From: Basidiobolus ranarum
Lineage: Eukaryota
Assembly (NCBI GenBank): GCA_040143965.1
Contig: JASJQH010006895.1
Span: forward strand, 1 to 48,756
DNA: 48,756 bases
Reading direction: 5' to 3'
This document shows, one piece after another, positions 1 to 13,564 of the stretch; position 1 is the stretch's first letter, and every line of letters begins with the position of its first letter. Below the pieces are notes generated by a model that saw only the letters and a program-made list of their open reading frames with translations, did no database searches and was not told where the DNA came from. The translations under genes and the position numbers were made by a program.

Positions 1-568
1 CCTTATGCCTGTTGAAGATGTCTTCTCTATTTCTGGCCGTGGTACTGTTGCCACCGGTCGTGTTGAACGTGGTCAAGTCACCAAGGGTTGTGAAGTCGAA
101 ATTGTTGGTATGGGTGAACACTTCAAGACCACCCTCACTGGTATTGAAATGTTCCACAAGGAATTAGATAAGGGTATGGCTGGTGACAACATGGGTTGTT
201 TGCTTCGTGGTGTCAAGCGTGAACAAGTTCGTCGTGGTATGGTTATTTGCGCACCCGGATCTGTCAAGCCCCACAAGAAGTTCATGGCACAACTTTACAT
301 TCTTACCAAGGATGAAGGTGGTCGTCACACTCCTTTCGTAAACAACTATCGCCCTCAAATGTTCTTCAGAACTGTTGATGTCACTGCTATTCTCAAGCAC
401 CCTCCTGGTACCGCCGATGCTGACGAGAAGATGGTCATGCCCGGTGACAACGTTCAACTCGAATGTGAACTTTTAACTGATGTTGCCATTGAATCTGGTC
501 TTCGCTTCACTATTCGTGAAGGTGGTAAGACTGTCGGCACTGGTGTCGTTACCGAGATCTTGGATTAG
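1..568 (+). CDS. TUF1: Mitochondrial translation elongation factor Tu, C-terminal part (5' truncated by the window)
   Basis: EF-Tu domain II/III motifs [40 protein letters not shown] and [14 protein letters not shown]; stop TAG at 566-568; fungal nuclear context. Confidence 0.95.
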   Translation, partial: LMPVEDVFSISGRGTVATGRVERGQVTKGCEVEIVGMGEHFKTTLTGIEMFHKELDKGMAGDNMGCLLRGVKREQVRRGMVICAPGSVKPHKKFMAQLYILTKDEGGRHTPFVNNYRPQMFFRTVDVTAILKHPPGTADADEKMVMPGDNVQLECELLTDVAIESGLRFTIREGGKTVGTGVVTEILD

Positions 569-1033
569 ACTGTCACTTAGCCCACGCTTCCTATTTACGC
601 CTCTTCACTATTCTATATGTTCATTTGGTTGTCTAAACATTAGAAAGTACAAACATATTTCATCTCTACGATGAAGTTCATATATTTTCCTCTCTTGCAT
701 GATACATAATAAATCTCGTCAATTTTTAATTCATTTGGGTGTTCGTTCTCTTTGCACCGCACAACTCCCACAGACTTGTACTTTTAGAAGCACATATATA
801 TACACATACGGTAGATTGCGGAAGGATCAGAATCAATGGAATGAAGTAGTTTCAGTGTACGAAATGGCATATCCATTTTTATTGTTCGATAGATTTTACA
901 GACAGAAATAGGTAATTGAGAATTCAATTAAAAGTAAGATCAAATGAATTCTAATAAAGTATAGAATGTATACAGGGAGGATGAAGAAACAAAACAACAA
1001 ATTAAGAATGTACCAAACTCATGAATTTAGGAC

Positions 1034-1868
<835 letters not shown>

Positions 1869-2663
1869 AGTTGTTGAAAGTTACTATCAAATCCAAGGGA
1901 CAGCGTCACCGTTTCAAAAAAAACGACGACTCTTTAAAATACCGATTTACTCTCGCAAATCGACTGACTCTGAACACTTTTTTTTACATTTTTTTTCCCG
2001 ATATTTGGGGCAAAATGGGTCCAGAAATCTCGCGTGATATTCTTGACCCCCACTCTGATGGGCTACATCAAACAAGCTTCCAAAGCTAAAGTCAGTCCCG
2101 TATGTTACCCAAACTGAGTGATTCTAAAATGAAAACGGTCGATCTTCAATCAAGCTGACCTATTAACAATAGCTAGAAGCATGTCACTTGAATAACCTGA
2201 TGTAAGCAGATATATTAAAGCGTGTACAACGTATCCAGCGGAGTATGTACTTGGGAGATAACGGATGAACATCCATCTCGGCTAATAAAGCCGAACGGTA
2301 ACTTGCCTATCGGATTAGAAGCAGGCTTCCAGTTCCCAGGTAACTCTGGTAGGTTAAAATTCAAATTGATCGAATTTCTGTCCAGGTGTATTAGGTCCGA
2401 GAACCAAGTGACATTGTCGACTGGTCCTGGCCCTAGTCTGTAACTATAACTAACTCAAGTTATCATAGCTTGTCTAAACTAAATTGCTTAGATTTTATGC
2501 GCCCAAATCTGGTTTTACACTCAAATATATGAATCCTTTGGTTTGGGGAAAATTTCTATTTGACTTTGATGTCAATGAAATTTTAGTATTTTTTATTTGC
2601 TGTGATTCAAGCCTATTAGTAACCTGGGTATTATCATTGTACACATCCTTCTTTAATAATAAT

Positions 2664-3757
2664 ATGAACAAAGTGAATGTACGTATATAAACTAGACTCG
2701 CTTTTCCTTCGCTGTGCAAACTATAATATTCAATGCTTTTTATTTCCCCGTCTGTTAGAAAATCTACAGTATTCAGCGCGGTCTTTTGAATTTGCGTCGC
2801 CAAAATGCTAACGCGACCTTCCTGGGCAGCATAAACTGTTACCGCCAGGTATGCTTTATAAAGAGAATACTCTATTGAATACAATTTCTAATTTCACTTG
2901 GAAATAGAGCTATTCTACTGCTACTCCTACTAGTCAGAACAGTACCCCAAAACAGGAGGAAAAACCAAAAAGTTTGTTCGCTAAACTGATGAGTCCAGTT
3001 GTTGATTACTACAAACCAAAGTATCATGCCATTCAACTCGGAGAGAGATTTTACAAAACTTGTGCTAACCAAGGTTTTGATAAAGAATTTTACATTCAAG
3101 GTGGGAATGAATTGAGAAACATTTTTGTTGAAATAACTTTACTGATTTCCATTATGTGTGGTATCTTACAGGCTGCAATCTTCCTGACAATTTCCAAACT
3201 TGGTTTTCCATCACTCAACTGCATGTGTGGATGCTCATGGTCAGACTTCGACCAGAACCTAACGGAAAAGAAATTGTCCAGCAAATGGTCAACTTCTACT
3301 TCCTCGATGCTGAGCAACGTATTAAAGATGCGGGGGTAAATATTTATTAAAATTGGAGGTTTTCCGTGTAGTCTTAAAACTTACATATGAGTTTACGTCT
3401 TGTAGGTTACATCCGGCAAAATTGTCTCCACTACAGTCAAGGATTTAGTAGCAGGTTTCCATGGTGGTGTGATGGCTTATGACGAAGGATTGTGCAAGGA
3501 TGATGCGGTATTAACAGCTGCGCTATGGAGGTTTGTACTTACTGTTGGTTAGACATTCATCAGGTCAATGTTTTCTAACTGGTTGCCTACCATTCTACAG
3601 AAATCTCTTTACAACTATTTCTAGCCACCAGCATGGAAAAGAAATGGCTTACATGACACGCTATGTACGTGAGCAGTTATCACGCCTTGATAGTATTTCT
3701 TCCGAGAAGCTCCAGTCCGGAATTATGGAATTCACCCAACCTAAAGCCTCACTATAG
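2664..3757 (+). CDS. CBP3: Ubiquinol-cytochrome c reductase chaperone Cbp3/UQCC1, about 6 exons
   Basis: Inferred exons 2664-2678, 2759-2848, 2908-3100, 3172-3335, 3406-3530 and 3601-3757 join in frame. Motifs LPDNFQTWFSITQLHVWMLMVRLR, AYDEGL..DDAVLTAALWRNLF and YVREQL; basic N-terminus resembles a mitochondrial presequence. Start exon is less certain. Confidence 0.88.
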
Positions 3758-4145
3758 ATTTCACCTTCATAGAATCTACACCATTCATTATATCGAGTTT
3801 CTTCCAATCCAAACCACATATTCTTCACTTCATTGGTCTATTGTTGCTACATCCTCCCCGCAAAATTCTAAAAGAATTATAGGTTTTAAGCATTTCCGAT
3901 AATTTATATATAAATTCACTGAAAATTAGCGAAATATTTTTTTTCCAACAAATTGTAAAATTGAGGGGCCATTGTTGCAAAAGCTACAGCCCCATACCCC
4001 ACATTGATTTCGCTTGGGGGTTCAGAAAGTTCGTACGCCATTAATCAAGGAAAAAAGTCCAACAAAATATCTGGGAAAAGCTCGCTCTTATACACCAAAA
4101 GCCTTTTATATTTGTTGAAAGTAAACTTTTGTAAATTTTACAAAC

Positions 4146-4983
4146 ATGCCTGAAGTTGCTATAGAAACTCCTTACCCCGTTATTGATACAGACCCTCACT
4201 TTTTCCGGGTTGTACGTTATTTCCGTCTTCAAGATTATGCACTTTTAGCTGCTGGTACTGCTGGTTTCCCCGCTGCTATGCACCTCATGGGTAAGTTGTG
4301 TACCTTTTATCTTCACAGTTTTTTCTTCGAAACCAACGTAAAGATGTAAACAATACCTAGAAAGGAGTGTTTAGTTTTACATTAACGTGTTTGAATTGTA
4401 TTCATACAATACCCCATCTTAGTATCACTTTATTGAATTATATCCAATCGACTCACCTAGTATTTTCTTGAATCATTTAGAATACATTCACCCTTCTGGT
4501 GCTCGTTATAACCCCACTTTGTGGAGAAATGCTATGAGATCCTCCATTTTCTTTGGTGCTGTTGGAAGTTTCTTGCTCGCTTACCAAAACAGTAGTTGTA
4601 AGTATTCAGTATGAGTATTTCTCTCACAGTTTCAAGTTTAAATAACCCTATTTTAGTCCGTTTCTGGGGCTGGAGAGAGAACGAACGCGAGGTTAAAAAG
4701 GATTTCATTGAGATGAGACAAAAGGCTGTTGAAGGAAAGCCCTTGTATGGTGATTCCAATCTCAATGATTACTCTCAACGTGTTGCTGCACAAAACTCTC
4801 GTTACTCTGCTCTTAAATTTGGTAAGTGATATTATTATTATGATTTTCAACATACTCCTGACTAATCGGTAGAATCTGTATTTAGCGGCTGTTCCTTTCT
4901 TTAACTTTGCTAACCATAAGTATCATGGAGTTGATACCGATAAATACTACGAAGGAATTGATAAGAACAAGAATTTGGACTAA
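4146..4983 (+). CDS. NADH:ubiquinone oxidoreductase 21 kDa accessory subunit (fungal NUXM family), 4 exons
   Basis: Motifs PYPVIDTDPHFFRVVRYFR, RFWGWRENEREV, QNSRYSAL and PFFNFANHKYHGVDTDKYY; stop TAA at 4981-4983. Confidence 0.88.
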
Positions 4984-5547
4984 TTGCTAATGCTAAATTA
5001 GCAAGATTTTCACTTCCAAATCAACTGGGTACTTTATTAACACCTTTGTTAGTGAATTTCAAATACAAATAATTATTTTACTTCTTATTTGGTTGACCAA
5101 CTCAATTTTAAAACTATTGCATCCCTTTGCCACCTTATCAACACGAACATCCACATCCTCAACAACCTTTTTTCTCATCATTATTTCACAAGGTACTTCT
5201 GAAACAATCATGAGGATTTTACAAGAATGACTTTTCTTTTATAAAATACATAAAACATGGGTTTATTCAAACCAACTTAGTACTGATGTGGATGGGTTTA
5301 TTTACTTTACCGAAAGTATCCATATAGAATGAGAAAGGAGGGCAACCGAGTCTATGGCAGTAGAGAGTTATCTGCGTGATATCTCATATTCATCTGTGAC
5401 AGGGGTAGCTTTATAAATGTAAAGACTGAACAAGTGTTAATTCTTTGGGAGAGCTGGGACATCGAGACAATTTGGAATTCATAAGTGATACTATTATAAT
5501 TCAGATGGAGTATGTGACCAAGGCTCTGTAGTCTTTACTAGTAGCAA

Positions 5548-6993
5548 TCAACGCTCAGTAAGACTAAAGTTCGGCCCACCTGCGGGATTAGCGTGTGCAG
5601 TTTGATTCCAAGATAGGTAGGTGTGATCTCCAAGTTTTCTACATTCAACATAAATCATATCAGTTCTAGGTATCAAAACATTCTGAACAGTATGCTTTTT
5701 TACCTTGGTTTATACAAATGTCTTGCGGTAAATAGTGCACCTAACACAACGCAGGCTACTCCAACGGCAATGTAGGCAATTCCAAGGAAAGGGTTTCGAC
5801 CTCCCAAGAAAGAGACAGTGGAGATAACAATTGCTTTGGTTCCTCCATACCTTTTTACATCAAAGTTCATGTCGATTACTACTTCATACTTTCCCTCCTT
5901 CATTGTTGCAGAGTCATTACGACCATAAAGCTTTCGAAAGTTCGGTAAACCAGCTGTACGCATCCATACTTGGAAATGTTCGTCTTGAGAAATATCTGGA
6001 GGTGGAAACTCAGGCGTGTACATCCCATTAGGGTATCGAACGGCCCAATTTGGAGGTGGCCGGATTTGGGTTAAATCAGTGTACCCAGATTTCTTATATT
6101 TTTGGGCATCAGAGGCCCATGCTATACCTTTCGCTCCAAACGCATAAGTTTCGTTATCTGCTTGGGCGCCGCCAGGAATATTGAGGAGTACGAAGTTACT
6201 TATGGTGTCTTGTTGACAAATTAGTGGATATCTTTTAAAGTGTGTACAGAACATGTTTACTATATCTTACCATTGAACATTGAATTGGCTATCAATCCGC
6301 AAGGGTATATAGCAATTCTGTTACCTGGATTGGTTCCATCTGTTGTAGTAGCTAATGGTTTACAATTGCTATTTTCTAGGGTAGCAACATCCACAGGAGT
6401 TCCTTTAAGTTGGTTAACATCAAAACTCTTTACATAACGCCGATGGTTTTGGAAGAAATTAGTCAATTTGTAGTATAAAAAGACCGGTGGTTTCAATGTA
6501 ACTGGGATGTCTAGCTTAATATAGCACCGGCTTATAGTTACATTAGGATTTGGCCCTAGCGGTACGGTCTCCACACGGTATTGTGGGACTGGTATTTTAG
6601 AAGTGCCGGGAAAGGCTGCACTAAAGGCGTTTGAAGGCATATATTGGTAAGTGTCCGAAGCACCAGCACAATTAGTATAGTCGATTACCAATTCGCTAAC
6701 CTAAAACACGATAATTTCATTAGCTGTTTGTGAGGTTACTATCGTATTTCTATAACTACATTATCACTAGCATACAACAACAGACCACCCAATGGAGCAA
6801 AGAGAATGCCGACAATAAAAAGTGTGGGTAAAACCGTCTTTGGTGTAAGAATTGGCTGCCAAGCTTTCAAACGCTGCTGTTTAAATGCCGTATCTATATC
6901 AGAAGGAATATCTTAGTTTGTATTCGAACTGAATGTCAACTATAATGAAATAGACGTACTTGCTGGCTTACGATTCTTTATTTCAGAGCTCAT
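5548..6993 (-). CDS. CDC50: Cdc50/Lem3 family phospholipid flippase beta subunit, about 5 exons
   Basis: ATG at 6993 ([11 protein letters not shown]); [71 protein letters not shown] and [12 protein letters not shown]; stop TGA at 5550-5548. Confidence 0.93.
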
Positions 6994-7766
6994 CTGCTAC
7001 AACAAGCTGTAAGGTGAGAGTCAATGATTACTGTACGTTTCCAAATCAAATAAGGTCACTATTCTGAAAAGCTATAAAAAGTTAAGGAGAGATTGAAGGA
7101 TAGTAGAGACTTTCACTTTCCAATAAACCAGCCTCATTGACACAGCCCAAACCCTACATCTAAATCGGCTTGGATGCATGGTGGTGCTTTAATTTCCACC
7201 AATCGTTTGGAATAAAGGGCTGTATCCTTAATTTTTTGTGACTTGAAGCGGAATAAATTAACAATTCTAATTTTAGGAGTCAACAATTTTGGGTAGTAAA
7301 AACACACTAGCATTTAGTCACATGCTTGATAGGTACGCTTATGTGTATTTTTAGTGATGGCATGCAAGCCAATTATTTGCACTGAATTATTACACCAAAG
7401 CCAAGGAGGATTTGAAATAACAATGTGCCAATTACCAGAGTTAAGATCGTGTCACATAGGTCTTAGCAATTGTTTAGTCCCAAAAAGTAAGCAATAGTCG
7501 CGATGGAAAAGTATTTATTGATTTACAAAGAAACGGAAAAACTGTGCAGAATTGCTTGGATACAGTGATGCAGTGAACGAAATACAGCTACAGAGCCATT
7601 TCAAGAGACAAATGCTGTAAACGATTAGACAAAAATACAAAATTGAATCTCAGTTACGTATTGAGAATTCTACAAAGAGAGATAAAAATAAAATGCGTGT
7701 ATATACAGAGGTACACCACTCTATATGACGAGGTATAGCTCCAGATTCTAGTATCAAGGGCGGCTT

Positions 7767-9155
<1,389 letters not shown>

Positions 9156-10427
9156 TCGACTAATTGCTTATTTCGAACGAAGAACCTTACAAGTGGAGGT
9201 GTAATAGGGATAATGCAAGTCTAAGAGTAATAAATATTAAGGCCAAGAAGAACCTACAGAATAGGATAAAGTCAAAGTAAGCATGAACGCTGCTGATCCT
9301 TGTATTTATAGCAATCGCTGAAGGAACCATGCCCATGTTGTGTGGAGCGCAGAATTCATGACTTCACGATTGATGAAACAGTGGCCAATGTCAATATATG
9401 TGATATAGAGTATAGGTTCATTTGAATGCTTCTTTATGAGAAACTTTTAAAACGTTCTTCGTGAGCAGCAGTTGTCTCCAAACTCCAATTTTCTATCTGC
9501 TTTACTCGAGATCGTATGCTTCTATCACGTTCGGCACTGAATCATTAGCTTGTGTTCTTTCTAAAGATTCTTACTATGAAACAACTGGGATCTTTCAAGT
9601 ACCGATGCAAAATGCACCACGTAGGATTTAAGAATGTTTTATTACCATGTATCTACATACATTTGCATACCACGAAATACTACACCTTATTAGTACTTGA
9701 ATGTGCATAGACATCACCATATTCTCCGCCATTTCGAGCTCGAGAGCTTTTCTCTTCTTTTTACCAATTAATTCCATTTTAGCTCGGATGAGTGAGTTGG
9801 CTGTATCTACACAGCTTACACGACTTACACGACTTACATAGCCTACATCCACTCCACCTATCAATGTAATATCTATTTCTTTTTCCATCAACCAACCACT
9901 GATCTTACCCCAGGTCTGCACTGAATTTGGCATTGTGTCTGTGACAAGCCCAAGTGAGTGAGTGAACATCAGTGTGAACGACTTGATGTTGTCTTAGTAA
10001 GCCATTTTTGACGCCCATGACTGGTATTAGCCGAATTAGAATTTATGAATTTGACTAAAATCTAAGCAATCATCAGATTTAGAAGTTACCCTGAGTAGCT
10101 TATTTATTATATCTAAAATACACTCAATCACCTTAGTTGATCTGACACCCAAAATGAACTGGTTAAGCTACAAAATTGGTAGCACGGGTTAATGTGGGGG
10201 TAACTTCAATCCTATGTTCCATACTCATATCCCCTCTCTCCTTTAAAGATAATTCTCATCCAAAATCCTTTGTGCACCTTTAAGAGATACTTGTTATACC
10301 ATATATTTATTCTTCACTAATTGGGCATTCACTTACTCTCTAGCAATATTTGTTTCTGCACGAACAATCTATACCGTTGCTCATCTATAGTTTTCCCTGT
10401 ATTTTTACTATTCGTAAACCTTTCACA

Positions 10428-13132
10428 ATGCGGTGTATTCGTAGGATATTTCTTGCAACTTCGGTCCTACTACTCGCTCACTCAACTACATCGAGTTTAC
10501 CCGATTGGCATGGTCAGCAAAACCATGATACTCACGAGTATTACACACTGAAATTAAATACACAAAGAGTATCGCCTCTAGAAATCGCTTCTTTACTTGG
10601 CATCGATTATGTTGGGGATGTAGCAAATATAGGTGACTATCACTTATTCTCTTGGCGAAAGAATTCTATTCATCCCCATGGCTCAGTGGAAAAGCGTTTC
10701 ACACAGCTAAAGGAAGATCACACTGTTGGAAATCTGAAAAAACGAGAGTTACAGCTGTTCGATCAAGTGGAAGGGCAACTCCAAAAACAAACTCTCAAAA
10801 AACGAGTTAAGCGCTTTATAGCAGCGCCAGGACCTCCACCTCCTGATGTTACGGAAGAACCAACAACAGAGATAAAGAAGATTACTTCTCAATCGATAGC
10901 TAATTCTTTTGGGTTCCATGATCCTGGATTTCCAAACCAATGGCATCTCGTAAGTGTGAAATATCTTTTATCTATCACTCTAAGGTTGCGTTAGACCTTA
11001 ATATACTAATCAACGCTCTCTAGTTTAACGACGTTACTTTAGGCAACGACATGAACATTACCGATGTATGGCGACAAGGTAAAATTATTAAGTCTTCGGA
11101 ATGTATTATATGATTGCTAACTTTTTTGTTGAATCAATCAGGCATAACAGGCGAAAACGTAGTAGTTGTACTGCTAGATGATGGCCTAGATATGACAAGT
11201 GATGATCTTAAAGCGAACTATGTGAGTTGTATATAATTTGATTCAAATCTGGATTTGAGTACTCATAATTCATTTACGTTAATGAAAAGTTCGCTGAGGG
11301 CTCTTATGATTTCAACAATCACGTAGCTGAACCAAAGCCTAGATTATTCGATGATTATCACGGAACCCGTTGTGCTGGCGAGATCGCAGCTGCTAACAAC
11401 ACAGCCTGTGGTGTAGGAGTAGCATTTGGTGCCAAAGTAGCAGGTAGGTTTATTAATATGATTGTTTAGAATTTGCCATAACATAAAATATTCATGTTGT
11501 TAGGCGTCCGAATCCTCTCCGGGGAAATTAGTGATGTTGATGAGGCTTTGGCTTTAGTGTACCAAAATCAAAAGAATCATATCTTTTCGTGTAGCTGGGG
11601 ACCTCCGGATGATGGACAATCCATGGAAGCCCCTAGTGAACTTATCCTTGACTCCATGATCAAAGGTATTAACGAGGGACGTGGTGGAAAAGGCAGTGTC
11701 TTTGTGTTTGCTACTGGCAACGGCGGCAATAATGACGATAATTGCAACTTTGATGGGTATACTAACAGCATATACACAGTATCAATCGGTGCTGCAGATA
11801 GAAATAATGGGCACCCATATTATTCGGAAAAATGTTCTGCTCAATTAGGAGTTACATACAGTAGTGGGAATGGTGGTGGCAATTACATTTACACTACCGA
11901 TGTTGGTAAGAATACTTGTACTAATCGCCATGGAGGTACATCAGCTGCTGCACCACTAGCCGCTGGTCTTTTTGCACTTGTACTCTCAATTCGCCCTGAG
12001 CTTAATTGGCGAGATATTCAACACCTTGCTGTTAATACGGCAATTCCTATTGCTTTAGACGACGATGATTGGAAGGACACAGTAGCTGGCCGTAAATTTA
12101 ATCACAAATACGGCTATGGTAAGCTAGATGCTTATCAACTGACAGAAGCAGCAAAGGTGTATAAACCCGTAGCAGCCCAAGTTCAATTTACCTCCAATGC
12201 AATCCATGTTAATCAAACCATTCCATCCGACCCCTATGGATTAAACAGTACTTTTACGGTGTCTGAAGAAAGTCTCAAAAATCAAACCTTTGGAAAACTG
12301 GAACATGTTACAGTCAAGTTGAATGCTGAGCATCAGCGACGTGGCGATATCATTGTGCATTTGATCTCACCAAACAACATTACGTCCGAGTTGTCGCCAG
12401 GAAGAAGATTTGATGAAAACACCGAAGGTTTTAGAAATTGGACTTTTATGTCTGTCAAGCATTGGTAAAGCATTTTACTTGATTCAAAACTAGCAAATGT
12501 TCTAACTTCTCTCTAGGGACGAGCCACCAATGGGAGAATGGACCCTTCGTGTGATAGATCGGGAAAACCCAGACAAGACGGGAAAACTCATTGACTGGAC
12601 CATCAGCTTTTTCGGATCTAAAAGCGAGGTCACGGTGACGCCTATCCCTACCCCCACCGAGGTAGCTTCAACGCAATCTCCAACACAGTATCCTCAAAGC
12701 GAACATGAAGGTAGCGAGGTATTGACCTCATCGACCCCAAATGTACTTTTATACAGCGTGCTCGGTATCTTTGGCACTATTAGCATGGTGACGGCAGCAT
12801 TCCTGGTTCATAGACACTACGTTCGAAACAAAGGCACTCGCGAATCCTACGATTTTGATACCATTGGATCCACGAATAACAATCATGCAACAAGGGTTGG
12901 AATGCTTGAACAGGTGCGCAGATACTTCACCAAGTCCGGCAATCAAGATGCTGAAGATTCTCAAGATGCTTTGCTAGGTAACAAGAATGAAAGTGATGTC
13001 AATGCTATGTCCGAATTCGTTGATGTGGAAATGACACCTAGAGTTGATCAACAAGAACACTTTGACATAGGGGAGGTTAGCGATGAAGAAAATACCGAAC
13101 TTAATCCAGACAGTTCGGACTCAAACGAATAG
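10428..13132 (+). CDS. KEX2: Kexin-like proprotein convertase (S8B), paralog A, 6 exons
   Basis: Signal peptide from ATG 10428; prodomain ending KRVKR; catalytic [19 protein letters not shown] and [10 protein letters not shown] domain ([14 protein letters not shown]); transmembrane helix and acidic tail. Confidence 0.93.
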
Positions 13133-13349
13133 TTTCTACTAAATTAGAATCTTTGTAAATTGAGCACTACATCTATCCTAAACACATAATACTATTATTT
13201 ATTACTGTTAAAATAAAAAGATTCACACCTTAACAATATTTATTATGGTAAACAATTAATGAGCCAAAATTGCAGGGCTTATATTTAAGAAATCTAAACA
13301 AACAATCCAAGGGTGTGATGCCCTACGACCGAGGAATGGCCCAATCGTT

Positions 13350-13355
13350 ACGCGT
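13350..13355. promoter_or_regulatory. Candidate MCB (MluI cell-cycle box) upstream of MCM7
   Basis: ACGCGT about 210 nt upstream of the MCM7 ATG in AT-rich DNA; single copy only. Confidence 0.35.
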
Positions 13356-13564
13356 CTACGAGGGAATCGTCCAGGGTGTTTACAAAAACCAAAACAATAG
13401 TGATGATACTCGATGTGGAGTTGAAAACAAATAACAGTCGTGATCAATACCATCCTTCCACAATCATACCTTCAGCCCTTTGTACTCATTCTCTTTATTC
13501 CTAATATTCGTCATTTACTTACAACGCTAGTTCATACGTTTTTTATAGTAAATTAGTAGCGATT

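Noticed and set aside
1..568. Bacterial origin or contamination suggested by EF-Tu
   Set aside because: It is contiguous with intron-containing fungal genes and fits nuclear-encoded mitochondrial EF-Tu.
2332..2346. TTACCTGG on the minus strand, resembling the U1 snRNA 5' end
   Set aside because: It lacks the ATAC prefix, the U1-70K loop and an appropriately placed Sm site.
9628..9969. 113-aa minus-strand ORF containing a 9-bp repeat (CTTACACGA x3)
   Set aside because: No recognisable domain or splice context; it lies in the divergent forkhead/kexin spacer.
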